Origin: Escherichia phage ECO71P1
Length of the DNA stretch: 64,000 nucleotides
Sequence record: OP172789
Strand: one strand, 5' to 3'
In this document: positions 16,432-26,179 of the stretch, piece by piece
Position numbering within the stretch: position 1 is the stretch's first letter
Layout of the letters: each line of letters begins with the position of its first letter
The notes under the pieces: model-generated
Seen by the model: only the letters and a program-made list of their open reading frames with translations
Databases searched by the model: none
Told to the model about the DNA's origin: nothing
Program-made: the position numbers and the translations under genes

Positions 16432-19328
16432 TGTTTCCACAATTGAGAGTTCGCAGCGGTTACACGTTCAAAGAAGTATATGGACGGCATCCTGAAATTA
16501 TAGCACGGCTCAAAGAGTTGGGCTGCGAAGTCGCGGCATTAGTTGATAACAATACATGGGGTCACGTTCGCTGGGAAAAGGAATGTCAGAAGAATGATAT
16601 CAAGCCTATGTTCGGCATGGAAATTCCAATCATCGACCCTGATGCGGACCCGAAAAAGGGATTCAAACCGAAGGCTTGGATATTGGCGCTTGACCTGAAA
16701 TCTTTTTACAACGCTACGACACTTGCAACACAGCGCGGCGGACTGACCCGTGCAGAGTTCGGGGCGCTGGATGGCGTCGTTAAATTCTGTGGCGGGGCTG
16801 TGGAGTTGCTGCGACCAGAGGACTACGATTATATAGACGTCAACCCATCATCGTTCCTTTTGGCCAAGCGCCAGGTATTGGCTCACCGCAACAACGGAAG
16901 GCCGCTGGTTTTAACCGGATACAACCACATGCCTTCACCTGAGCACGTTGACTTTGCTTATGCTTGGGAAGTGCGCGACACGGTCAAGCCGCACTGCATC
17001 GTTGACGCGGAAGACTTGTGCAAACAGCTTAAAGGAATCCTGACCGAAGATGAGTTGAATCAAGCAACGGCCAATGCGGTTGATATTGCAAACGGAATCG
17101 TTGGGCTTGGCCTGAAGCTGCGCAAGGCACCGATTATCCACCTTGCTGGTGACATGGTAAAGCTTGCTCGTGAGGGTATGGAGTACCGCCTTAAGGCAGG
17201 TCACATCAAAGAATGGACTCAGGAATACGAGGACCGATTCAACGAAGAGATTCACCAGATTCAGCTGAAAGACTTTGACTCATACTTTCTGGTGGTAGCG
17301 GACCTTGTACGATTCGCAAAAACAAAAATGCTTGTCGGACCCGCTCGCGGCTCATCGGCTGGTTCACTGGTTTGTTATTGCCTCGGCATCACGGAAGTTG
17401 ACCCAATCCCGTATAAGCTGCTGTTCGCCCGATTCATCGACGTAAGCCGCGCCGACCTTCCTGATATTGATATTGACTTTGAGGATACCAAACGCTATAT
17501 GGTGTTTGATTACCTTAAAGAAAAATACGGCGAAATGAACGTTGCAAAGCTTGGCAACATCAACACTCTTAAGGCCAACTCAGTAATGGCTCAGGTTGGT
17601 AAGAAATTCAACATTGGATATCACGAAACGGCCAACATTAAAAACGCATTGCTTGAATACTCATCTGGTGACGCCCGTTATGGTCACGGCCTGGAGGATA
17701 CCTTTGCAACAACTACCACGGGTCAAGAGTTTGTGGCGAAATATCCTGACGCCGCGCGTTGCATGGGTGACCTTGAGATTCACCCGTCCCACACAGGTGT
17801 TCACGCAGCGGGAATCATCGTGTGTAATGATCCAATCTCTGATTACTGTACTGTAACGGCGGAAGGGATTGCGCAAATTGATAAGCCTGACAGCGAATAC
17901 CTTAACCTTTTGAAGCTTGATGCATTGGGTCTTCGCACCCTCGGAATCATTTCTGATACTGGCGTGATAGACGCTGAAACGCTGTACGGAATCAAGCTTG
18001 ATGATCAAAGCGTCCTTGACATCCTTAACGAAAACAAGATGTCAGGAATATTCCAGTTTGAAGGCGACGCTGTACGCTCAGTAACCAACTTTGTGCACGT
18101 TGATAACTTTAACAAAATCGATAACCTGACAGCACTTGGCAGACCTGGCCCGTTGTCATCCGGTATGGCCCAGAAATACATCGAACGCGCGGCAGGACGT
18201 GCGCCGATTGAGTACGACGTGCCGCAGCTTGAGCCGTACTTAAAAGAGACTTACGGCGTGTTTCTTTACCAAGAGCAAATCATGGCCGTGGTTAAAGAGA
18301 TTGGTTCATTCGACTGGGCGAAAACATCAGCTGTACGTAAGGCAATGTCAGGTCGTAAGGGTGAAGAATACTTTAACAAGCTTGGCGAAGACTTCGTTGC
18401 AGGCGCAATAAATAACGGCGTACCGGAAGCGGATGCAAGAAAGCTTTGGCAGGCGATGGCGACGTTCGGGTCATGGGGCTTTAACAAGTCACACTCCGTG
18501 TCATACGCGGTCGTGACTTACTGGACCTTGTGGCTTAAACGACACTACCCGCTGGAATTTGCCGCTGCTTGCTTACGCGCTGCTAAGGACGAAGACCAGA
18601 CGATTGCGATATTACGTGAACTTGCAAAGGAAGGCGTGGATTATGTGCCAATCGACCCTGATCACTCTTCAATGAACTGGACCATCGCTAACGGAAAGCT
18701 AATCGGCGGCATCATGAACGCTAAAGGGTACGGAATGGTAAAAGCGATGAAGTACATCGAAGCACGTGAAGCCGGAACCTTAACGCAAAAACAAAAGGAC
18801 GCATTGGCCAATGCTGAAGTCAAATACGGCGACCTTACAGAGATGCACACCAAGTTCGGTTGGGCGTATAATGACCCCTATCTGATTGGCGTTACTTCCG
18901 GTGCTTCAATACGCCAGATGAAGGAAGTCGGTGATGACGAGCGTGCAATAGTGATCGGCAAGCTGACCAAGAAAGTGCTGGCTGACGAGAACGAAGCAAC
19001 ACGCATCCGTAAACGTCTTGAGCGCGGCATTTATACAAAGCACGGCAAACTTAAAAAGGGTCTTCAAGCTGATGGTCGCTACGCAGAGTTTGACCAGTAT
19101 GGAAACAAGCTTGAGACTCAGTTCATTGACCTTATGTGCAAGGACGATTCGACCGACTCGCCAATGCGCTTCAGGATTCGCCCAGAGAAGTTCCAGAAAT
19201 ACGGTAAATACATTGCAGAGAACGTCGGGAACGGCGCATTCTTCCTGATGAAAGGCCGCAAGCTTGAAGGTATTGACATGTTTATCGTCGACGTGATCAA
19301 ACAGGTGTATCCAGATGGCAACAAATAA
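16431..19328 (+). CDS. DnaE-type (Pol III alpha / family C) DNA polymerase catalytic subunit
   Basis: PARGSSAGSLVCYCLGITEVDP...PDIDIDF and GFNKSHSVSYAVVTYWTLWLK match hallmark DnaE segments. Confidence 0.85.
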   Translation: MFPQLRVRSGYTFKEVYGRHPEIIARLKELGCEVAALVDNNTWGHVRWEKECQKNDIKPMFGMEIPIIDPDADPKKGFKPKAWILALDLKSFYNATTLATQRGGLTRAEFGALDGVVKFCGGAVELLRPEDYDYIDVNPSSFLLAKRQVLAHRNNGRPLVLTGYNHMPSPEHVDFAYAWEVRDTVKPHCIVDAEDLCKQLKGILTEDELNQATANAVDIANGIVGLGLKLRKAPIIHLAGDMVKLAREGMEYRLKAGHIKEWTQEYEDRFNEEIHQIQLKDFDSYFLVVADLVRFAKTKMLVGPARGSSAGSLVCYCLGITEVDPIPYKLLFARFIDVSRADLPDIDIDFEDTKRYMVFDYLKEKYGEMNVAKLGNINTLKANSVMAQVGKKFNIGYHETANIKNALLEYSSGDARYGHGLEDTFATTTTGQEFVAKYPDAARCMGDLEIHPSHTGVHAAGIIVCNDPISDYCTVTAEGIAQIDKPDSEYLNLLKLDALGLRTLGIISDTGVIDAETLYGIKLDDQSVLDILNENKMSGIFQFEGDAVRSVTNFVHVDNFNKIDNLTALGRPGPLSSGMAQKYIERAAGRAPIEYDVPQLEPYLKETYGVFLYQEQIMAVVKEIGSFDWAKTSAVRKAMSGRKGEEYFNKLGEDFVAGAINNGVPEADARKLWQAMATFGSWGFNKSHSVSYAVVTYWTLWLKRHYPLEFAAACLRAAKDEDQTIAILRELAKEGVDYVPIDPDHSSMNWTIANGKLIGGIMNAKGYGMVKAMKYIEAREAGTLTQKQKDALANAEVKYGDLTEMHTKFGWAYNDPYLIGVTSGASIRQMKEVGDDERAIVIGKLTKKVLADENEATRIRKRLERGIYTKHGKLKKGLQADGRYAEFDQYGNKLETQFIDLMCKDDSTDSPMRFRIRPEKFQKYGKYIAENVGNGAFFLMKGRKLEGIDMFIVDVIKQVYPDGNK

Positions 19329-19737
19329 CCGTGAACAGAAATACATATTCGTGCCTTTGAAGAAGCATTCAGAATCAATATTGAAGCTTCAACGAATCGA
19401 ATCGATGACTGGTGATGGCGTGCCGGACGTAATCGGCACCAACCGGAAAGGTCGCGGCTTTTGGCTTGAAATGAAGTTCTTTGAATCGTGGCCTGCAAGG
19501 GCCAACACTGCACCTTTCAGAAATGCATTTGAGAAAGGTCAGTGCAGCTTTCTTTCTTCGTGGAATGATTGGAAATACCCATCATTTGTTTTGCTTAAAG
19601 TCGATTCTGAGAAGATGTTTTATTTAGTCCACCCTTCGATTGAATTAAAGCGTTATAATATTGCAGACGTTCAACGTGAGATAATCGTGAAGGGAACTAT
19701 TCATCACATCATCAAGTATTTAGAGGAATTGTCATGA
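19315..19737 (+). CDS. VRR-NUC family (PD-(D/E)xK) nuclease
   Basis: GVPDV...EMK motif; directly upstream of SNF2 ATPase. Confidence 0.5.
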   Translation: MATNNREQKYIFVPLKKHSESILKLQRIESMTGDGVPDVIGTNRKGRGFWLEMKFFESWPARANTAPFRNAFEKGQCSFLSSWNDWKYPSFVLLKVDSEKMFYLVHPSIELKRYNIADVQREIIVKGTIHHIIKYLEELS

Positions 19738-21257
19738 AAACACAAGGGATGCGCCACCAGCTTCTGGCGCTTGATAAAGCAGGCCGCAGAAAATACTTTG
19801 CCTATTTCATGGAACAGGGTCTTGGTAAAACTTGGACCGCTTTGGCAGAGTTTGAAAAGCACTTCGCCGCTGGCGCGTTCGATGCCATGGTCGTCATCGC
19901 TCCAAACGGTGTCCACTCAAACTGGATTCGTCGTGAAGCACCAGAACACCTTTCCATCAAGTGGATTGGGCACTACTGGCGCGGCAATGACAAGATGAAG
20001 ACTAAAAAGGGCAAGGCGCTTTGGGAGAAGATGTTTGCTGATCACTACCCTGAAGGCGAAGTGCCTGCGCGCATCTTCTCATTCAACATTGATACCGTCA
20101 ACACACCAGTCGGTTATCAACACATAGAGTCGGTCTTGAAGAAATACCGCTGCCTGATGATCATCGACGAATCAACGCGCATCAAGAATAACACAGCCAA
20201 ACGCTCCATCAAGGTTGTGGAATTGGGACGGCTGGCAAAGGCCCGTCGAATCCTTTCCGGTACGCCGTTGCCGCGCTCGCCTGCGGATATTTACATGCAA
20301 TACCACTTCCTTGAAGCAGGATTGCTCGGCACCAAATCATTCCGTGCCTTTAACTCTGAATTCACGGTGCTACTTGAAGCGCACGACCCAGAGATGCAAG
20401 CCATCCTCAAGAAAATCGGCGGCAATGGCTATGGGATTCCGCAAGTGCCGCGCAAAGACCAGTTTGGCCGACCGATGTACAAGAACCTTGACAAGCTTAT
20501 CCGGCTGATGGAACCGCACTATTTTCGTGCAACAAAAGCAGAATACTTGCCTGACCTTCCAGAGAAGGTGTATAAGTTTATCGACTTCGAGTTGTCGCCT
20601 AAACAACGCGATGTTTACGATGAACTCAAGAATGAGTACAACTATTTGATGGAATACAAGGGCGAAGAAGAAAACGTCAAGTTTGAGATGATCGCATCGC
20701 GCACCAAGATGAAGCAGGTTACATCCGGCTTTGTCAAGGTGTATGATGAGATGGTCTACATGGAAGACAACCCACGCTTCACGGCCTTTAAGGATTATGT
20801 GGAAGGGGTGTTGGAAGACGACCCAGAGCGCAAATTCATCGTTTGGGCCATCTTTAAGGAAGAGATGAACCAGATTAAGGAATGGCTTGAGTCTGAAGGC
20901 GTGGTCACTGGTGTATACAACGGTGAAACATCAAAAGAGCAGCGCGAGTTCTTGATTGATGACTTCCAGAAAAACACAGTCGCGAATGGTGGAACACAGG
21001 TATTGGTTTGCCACGCTGCAGCGGCAGGCATCGGCATCACACTTACCGCCGCTGACTTGGCAATCTATTATTCTTGCAACTATGACAATGAGTTGCGCAA
21101 GCAATCCGAAGACCGAAATCACCGCATCGGCACCAAATCAAGCGTGTTGTATGTTGATTTTATTGGTGTTGATACCATCGACGAAGAAATTCAGCGTTCA
21201 CTCAGTATGAAGTCAATGCTTGCTGATCACATCCTCGACGGCAAAAAGATGAATTAA
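19734..21257 (+). CDS. SNF2-family helicase-like ATPase
   Basis: GLGKT Walker A, IIDEST DExx box, C-terminal helicase-like region. Confidence 0.8.
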   Translation: MKTQGMRHQLLALDKAGRRKYFAYFMEQGLGKTWTALAEFEKHFAAGAFDAMVVIAPNGVHSNWIRREAPEHLSIKWIGHYWRGNDKMKTKKGKALWEKMFADHYPEGEVPARIFSFNIDTVNTPVGYQHIESVLKKYRCLMIIDESTRIKNNTAKRSIKVVELGRLAKARRILSGTPLPRSPADIYMQYHFLEAGLLGTKSFRAFNSEFTVLLEAHDPEMQAILKKIGGNGYGIPQVPRKDQFGRPMYKNLDKLIRLMEPHYFRATKAEYLPDLPEKVYKFIDFELSPKQRDVYDELKNEYNYLMEYKGEEENVKFEMIASRTKMKQVTSGFVKVYDEMVYMEDNPRFTAFKDYVEGVLEDDPERKFIVWAIFKEEMNQIKEWLESEGVVTGVYNGETSKEQREFLIDDFQKNTVANGGTQVLVCHAAAAGIGITLTAADLAIYYSCNYDNELRKQSEDRNHRIGTKSSVLYVDFIGVDTIDEEIQRSLSMKSMLADHILDGKKMN

Positions 21258-21331
21258 TATCAAAAATAATTTGACTTGTCAGGTAAGATGAGTCATAATT
21301 ATTTCATCGAAACGAAACAGAGGAATACAAA

Positions 21332-21595
21332 ATGGTACGCATCCTTGAACGTTACAAAAATGAAGCTACTGGCGCAATCGCGTTCAAACGTCTTTTGGTC
21401 AAAGAAATTGACGGCATGTTCCGCGTTGTAAAAGAGTTTGATTATGGAAACGGTGCTGGGGTGAATACCGTCATTATGCCTGGCATCAAGGCATATAAAA
21501 CTTTGAAAGGCGCTGAGAAGGCTTTGGCGGCTTGGAAACCTGAACGTTATCAAATGACCCGTGTTGAAGGGCTAATGCAAGAAGGTAAAATATGA
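21332..21595 (+). CDS. hypothetical protein
   Basis: 87 aa ORF with GAGGAA RBS. Confidence 0.45.
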   Translation: MVRILERYKNEATGAIAFKRLLVKEIDGMFRVVKEFDYGNGAGVNTVIMPGIKAYKTLKGAEKALAAWKPERYQMTRVEGLMQEGKI

Positions 21596-22149
21596 GCAAT
21601 ATTAATTGGGAAGATGATTTGCCGCAGGTCGCTCCTGAGAGCATCCAAGAGCGCCTTGCGCGCTTAGTATCGGAATTGGCAGAACGCCAAGAAGCTTTGA
21701 CAGAGCTTGAAGATGAAGCTGATATGCAAAAGCAGCGCATCAGTGAAATCAAAACTGTTTTGCTTCCTGGCGTTATGGATGAGCTTGGCGTGTCCGAAAT
21801 CAAGCTTGAAGACAAGACCAAGATCAAGGTCGAGTCAAAAGTTAATGCTTCAATTAAGAAAGAAAATGAATTGAAGGTATTCGATTGGCTTGTCAACAAC
21901 GGTTACGGCGGCTTGATCAAGTCCAGCGTCACGGCTGAGTTCGGTCGCGAAGAAATCGAACAAGCGCAAGAGATTGTTGCCGCGCTGCGTGAAGACGGTG
22001 TTGAAGCCACGTTGAAACAAGGTGTTCATTCTGCTACACTGAAGTCATTTGTAAAAGAACAGCTGGAAGCGGGTAATCCAGTTAGTGAAGATATTAGCGT
22101 TTTTGAGTATAAAGAAGCTAAAATAACCTTGCCTAAAAGCAAAAAGTAA
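21592..22149 (+). CDS. hypothetical acidic protein, possibly recombination-associated
   Basis: 185 aa, coiled-coil-like N-terminus; position next to SSB-like gene. Confidence 0.4.
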   Translation: MSNINWEDDLPQVAPESIQERLARLVSELAERQEALTELEDEADMQKQRISEIKTVLLPGVMDELGVSEIKLEDKTKIKVESKVNASIKKENELKVFDWLVNNGYGGLIKSSVTAEFGREEIEQAQEIVAALREDGVEATLKQGVHSATLKSFVKEQLEAGNPVSEDISVFEYKEAKITLPKSKK

Positions 22150-22208
22150 TTTAACCTTTATCTTGAAATCAGGTTGCCACGAAACTTGATACTATAGGAA
22201 AACATCAA

Positions 22209-23069
22209 ATGTCTAAGAAAGAAACTACCGAAGTTGCAGTGAAAAACACCCAGATGTCCGCTATGGCTGATTTTGTCGATATGACCGATTTTGGCGCTGG
22301 TTTTGAAGGTGCCGATGCCGACGCTTATGCCATTCCTTTTATCGTCGTACTGCAAAAGATGTCTCCGATGGTCGACGAAGATGATCCAAAACACGTTCCT
22401 GGCGCAAAAGCTGGCATGTTGTACAACACCGTTACTGGTGAGTTGTATGACGGCAAGAAAGGCGTGCAGATCATCCCTTGCGCATTCAAACGCACCTTCA
22501 TCCTTTGGGGCGGTCGCGAGTCCGACGATAAAGGCTTTAAAGGTGAATTCACCAAAGAGCACGTTGATGCAGAAGTCGCGGCAGGCCGCGCTGTTGAAAT
22601 CAACGGTAAGGTATTCGTGCCAGACGAAAACGGCAAAGTGCACGAGAAGAAATCACCTTACTACGCAGATACACGTAACCACTTTGTGATCCTGTTAAAC
22701 GAAGAGACTGGTGAATTTGGTAGCGCAATGCTGTCTCTGACTTCTTCCATGATCAAGCCGTCTCGCATGCTGATGACCGCTCTGCAGCAGAAGAAAGTTC
22801 AGACTCCGCAGGGCCTGAAAACTCCGCCGACCTTCATGAACATCGTTCGCATGGGTACTGCGTCTCAGTCCAAAGATGGCAACACCTGGTCAGTTCTGAA
22901 GTTTGAGCTGGAAGGTCTGGTGCAGGATAAAGGTCTGTATGAAGTCGCCAAAGCATTCCACAACGACGTAGTTGGCGGCAACGTTAACATCGACCGCAGC
23001 AAGCAGGAAGAAGCAAGCGGTGCCGCTGGTCCTGTCAATGAAACTCCGACCGACGCAGAAGAGTTTTAA
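22209..23069 (+). CDS. putative single-stranded DNA-binding protein (acidic C-terminal tail ending in Phe)
   Basis: C-terminus ...TDAEEF resembles the acidic tails of T7 gp2.5 and bacterial SSB; inference only. Confidence 0.3.
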   Translation: MSKKETTEVAVKNTQMSAMADFVDMTDFGAGFEGADADAYAIPFIVVLQKMSPMVDEDDPKHVPGAKAGMLYNTVTGELYDGKKGVQIIPCAFKRTFILWGGRESDDKGFKGEFTKEHVDAEVAAGRAVEINGKVFVPDENGKVHEKKSPYYADTRNHFVILLNEETGEFGSAMLSLTSSMIKPSRMLMTALQQKKVQTPQGLKTPPTFMNIVRMGTASQSKDGNTWSVLKFELEGLVQDKGLYEVAKAFHNDVVGGNVNIDRSKQEEASGAAGPVNETPTDAEEF

Positions 23070-23087
23070 TCGACAATCAAATCAACA

Positions 23088-23112
23088 AGGCTGCCGATTG
23101 GCGGCCTTTTAT
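23088..23112 (+). terminator. putative terminator
   Basis: AAGGCTGCC-loop-GGCGGCCTT imperfect hairpin followed by TTTATTT. Confidence 0.4.
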
Positions 23113-23126
23113 TTATCTGGTGCATC

Positions 23127-23645
23127 ATGATAGAAAGAATTGTACCGTTACTGAAGATTCTTGCCCTTGTTGGCGCGTTCGCCGCTGGGTCATACGTTGA
23201 AGACCTTAAGCAAACCAACGCATCACTGGCCAAGGATAATCAATATCTTACATCGCTTAATGAGCGTAAGGACAAGATAAATGTACTCGAAGAGCAAATT
23301 GCATCTTTACAGGTTGAATCGGCATCGGCATATGAGAAGGGTCGCCAGGAAGCGCAACTGGTTGCTGATGACACTATTGCTCGTTACAAGTCTGGGAATA
23401 TCAAGCTGCGCGAGCAACTCAGCTGCTCCCGTGAATTACTCAGGAGTGTGCCCGACTCTGCGACCACTGGACGCCTCTCTATCCCAGAAGGAAACTGTGG
23501 ACTATCAGAAGAGGATGTCAGATTTCTTGTTCAGTTCGCCGCAGAAACAAACCGATTAAAAGAGAAGGTTAATAGCTTGATTGATACTTATAATCAGGCT
23601 AAAATTAAAATCGACCAATTCAACGCATCAAAGGAAAATAAATGA
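23127..23645 (+). CDS. putative i-spanin (Rz-like): N-terminal TM anchor plus coiled coil
   Basis: IVPLLKILALVGAFAAGSYV TM then heptad-like region; contains an embedded +1 frame lipoprotein ORF. Confidence 0.4.
   Translation: MIERIVPLLKILALVGAFAAGSYVEDLKQTNASLAKDNQYLTSLNERKDKINVLEEQIASLQVESASAYEKGRQEAQLVADDTIARYKSGNIKLREQLSCSRELLRSVPDSATTGRLSIPEGNCGLSEEDVRFLVQFAAETNRLKEKVNSLIDTYNQAKIKIDQFNASKENK
23332..23559 (+). CDS. putative o-spanin (Rz1-like) lipoprotein embedded in the i-spanin gene
   Basis: Embedded ORF with LLLVTSLGISSC lipobox-like signal; start codon uncertain. Confidence 0.35.
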   Translation: MRRVARKRNWLLMTLLLVTSLGISSCASNSAAPVNYSGVCPTLRPLDASLSQKETVDYQKRMSDFLFSSPQKQTD

Positions 23646-24235
23646 ACCAGATTTATGCAAACATTCGCCAGTGGGCTTCTGACCGTAACATCATCAAAGG
23701 TTGCGACCTTAAGGACCAATACCCGAAGCTTATTAGCGAGTTTGGGGAGTTGACCGACCACGTGGATCAACTCCATGACCTTGTGTTCTTTGACCCTGAA
23801 ATCGGATATACAGAGCAGGCCATCTGTGATTTACAAGCCGCAATCAAGGACGACATCGGCGATTGCCTTGTTGTGTTAACTATCCTTGCCGCGCAAAATG
23901 GTGCAAAAATCGAAGACATCAACGGCGGCGGTTGCGCCGACAAAGGTGCCCACCCTCACTCGTTTATCCTTCGCTTGGCAAAGACTCTCGGACGGCTTGG
24001 TGATGCCATTGCTAAAAATCAGAGTATGGATATTGATGTCACCATCATGGCCGCAGTCGATTACCTTTCCGGCGTAGCACATGATTATGGACTTCGACTG
24101 TCTGATTGCGCTCAGGCCGCCTATGAAGACATCAAGGACCGTAAAGGCGTGATGTACAACGGAACGTTCATCAAATCGACTGATCAGGCTTACGCCTATG
24201 CGCTGGAACAAGTGATGAATAAGGAGTTTGAGTGA
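23642..24235 (+). CDS. MazG-like nucleoside triphosphate pyrophosphohydrolase (all-alpha NTP-PPase)
   Basis: ISEFGELTDHV and DDIGDCLVVLTILA resemble MazG EExGEL / DxL motifs. Confidence 0.45.
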   Translation: MNQIYANIRQWASDRNIIKGCDLKDQYPKLISEFGELTDHVDQLHDLVFFDPEIGYTEQAICDLQAAIKDDIGDCLVVLTILAAQNGAKIEDINGGGCADKGAHPHSFILRLAKTLGRLGDAIAKNQSMDIDVTIMAAVDYLSGVAHDYGLRLSDCAQAAYEDIKDRKGVMYNGTFIKSTDQAYAYALEQVMNKEFE

Positions 24236-25209
24236 TGGCAGGAGAAATCAAAGCACTAAAACCGATGAAAGGTTGCCAGCGTAAACAAATCATTGAGCGC
24301 GGCGAAGACGTGCCGCTGCCTTGCGGGTTGTCATTCAAGGTCGATGGCATACGCGCGATGGCGTATGACAACTTGCCAATGGGTACGTCCGGCATGGCGT
24401 TGCGAAACGTTCAGATTAAAAAAGAGTTCCTCTTTTTGGGTGAATTGATTCACGGCCTTGATGGAGAGCTTATTGACGGCAATCCGAATGATAAGAACGT
24501 CATGCAGCAAGCCTATACCGCATGCATGAATACCGATGCTATAACAAACTTCACATGGTGGGTGTTTGATGACTTTAGCGACCCTGATTTGCCTTTCTCG
24601 GCACGTTATGAGCAATACAATCGACGCGTTGCTGAGGTCAATCAATACCTCATTGACCATGGCCGACGTCCATTCCTTCGCGCTCTCGAATATCGCAACA
24701 TCGAAAATATGGAACAGTACGCGGCAATGCAAATCGAAGCAGACCAGCTTGGCTATGAAGGCTTGTATGGCAAGTCTTGGACGGGCAAATACAAGCATGG
24801 CCGCGCGACGCCAAAGTCACGTGATGTGTGGAAGGACAAGCCGTGGACCGATGAAGAAGGACTGATCATAGACTTCGTTGAGATGATGGAGAACAACAAC
24901 GAAGCGTTCATTGATGAGTTGGGTCGCACTAAGCGTTCAAAAGAGGCTGAAGGCTTAGTCGCAAAAGGATACCTTGGCTCATTCGTAGTTGTCAATCCAA
25001 AGTATGTGGATGAGAAAGGTGAAATGATTCCTTTCCGCGTCTCCGCTGGTTCAATGCCTATGGCAGAGAGAAAAATGCTTTGGGAGAATCGCGAGAATTA
25101 TCGCAACAAATATCTGACATATAAATTCTTTAACTTTGGCATCGTTGACGTGCCGCGCTCTGCCTTGTATAAGTGCTTCCGTGATATTACCGATATGGAG
25201 TATTTTTAA
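24235..25209 (+). CDS. ATP-dependent DNA ligase
   Basis: Adenylation motif I FKVDGIRA (KxDGxR); size similar to small phage ligases. Confidence 0.6.
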   Translation: MAGEIKALKPMKGCQRKQIIERGEDVPLPCGLSFKVDGIRAMAYDNLPMGTSGMALRNVQIKKEFLFLGELIHGLDGELIDGNPNDKNVMQQAYTACMNTDAITNFTWWVFDDFSDPDLPFSARYEQYNRRVAEVNQYLIDHGRRPFLRALEYRNIENMEQYAAMQIEADQLGYEGLYGKSWTGKYKHGRATPKSRDVWKDKPWTDEEGLIIDFVEMMENNNEAFIDELGRTKRSKEAEGLVAKGYLGSFVVVNPKYVDEKGEMIPFRVSAGSMPMAERKMLWENRENYRNKYLTYKFFNFGIVDVPRSALYKCFRDITDMEYF

Positions 25210-25282
25210 CACACTGGATAAATAATTGGTGCGTATAATCTATCGCGCCGTTTTCTAGAATTTAATATACAGTGTATACATA

Positions 25283-25305
25283 AAGCCGGAAATTTCCGGC
25301 TTTTC
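25283..25305 (+). terminator. rho-independent terminator
   Basis: AGCCGGAAATTTCCGGCT hairpin followed by TTTTCTTTT. Confidence 0.65.
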
Positions 25306-25384
25306 TTTTATTTACTTTCGGCGTATTTACTTTCAAAACCTTGAGCCTATACTATTAATATTCATAATCAAAAGGTGAATTATA

Positions 25385-25927
25385 ATGAAAGCGAACAAAT
25401 TAAAGATTGTTTTGATCATCATCATGGCTATGCTGACAGTTATATTCTTCACCAAGACTGCATCGGCTGAAAATATGTTTGCGCCGCCGAATGGAAGTGC
25501 AAAAGTTTTGACAAGATATTTCAACAATGGGCAATCCTTTGAGTTCTGCTGGAGCAAATACGACGTAATAAAAGAAAGATTTGACAAAGAAAAGATGTGC
25601 GTAATGAATGATCGCGGTCGACAAGTCGTGTCGTTTGTGTTCGGAATGTCAATGGCAAAAGTTGATGCCCCTGAAATCGTTGTCAGGTATAATACATTGG
25701 ACAGCGGCCTTGTCGACAAGACATACCCTGTTGCAGTAGACAGCAGGACAGGCGGCGCACTAATACTCACTCCAGAAGATAAATCAGATGTCGTTAACAT
25801 GCTCATCAACAGCAAAGACGTAATCGTGTTTTATCACATTGAAGGCGTATCAGACTACCAAATGGCCTACTATCCACTGCCCTTGAGAGATGCTTCAGGT
25901 AATGTTAAGACACAGGAAGTGCGTTGA
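25385..25927 (+). CDS. secreted or periplasmic protein (signal peptide)
   Basis: KIVLIIIMAMLTVIFFTKTASA leader; 180 aa. Confidence 0.5.
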   Translation: MKANKLKIVLIIIMAMLTVIFFTKTASAENMFAPPNGSAKVLTRYFNNGQSFEFCWSKYDVIKERFDKEKMCVMNDRGRQVVSFVFGMSMAKVDAPEIVVRYNTLDSGLVDKTYPVAVDSRTGGALILTPEDKSDVVNMLINSKDVIVFYHIEGVSDYQMAYYPLPLRDASGNVKTQEVR

Positions 25928-25941
25928 CATGGGTGGTAGTT

Positions 25942-26154
25942 ATGCAGAAAGATTTGGAAGAAAACAAAAGGCTGAAAAAGGCTTTGACGTCTCAAATCTT
26001 ATCCCTGTTGGTAAAGCTTATTGGGGAGTCAATTAGCAGCAAGGTGGCACGGGCCGCGATTGTAGGCGTGATTGGCATGGCGGGGTATTACTTCGACTTG
26101 CCAGACATTGATACAAGTTCCGCTCCGCCCGTCCAAGTTGAAGCCGTAAAATAA
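25942..26154 (+). CDS. small single-TM membrane protein, holin candidate
   Basis: AAIVGVIGMAGYYF TM; start moved to ATG after GGGTGG (track used TTG at 25924). Confidence 0.3.
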   Translation: MQKDLEENKRLKKALTSQILSLLVKLIGESISSKVARAAIVGVIGMAGYYFDLPDIDTSSAPPVQVEAVK

Positions 26155-26157
26155 ACA

Positions 26158-26179
26158 AAGGCCCATATGGGCCTTTTTC
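26158..26179. terminator. bidirectional terminator between converging units
   Basis: AAAGGCCCATATGGGCCTTTTT perfect palindromic hairpin flanked by A and T runs. Confidence 0.7.

Noticed and set aside
16935-18487. Minus-strand and alternative-frame ORFs inside the polymerase gene
   Set aside because: Nested within the DnaE-type gene whose frame carries conserved motifs.
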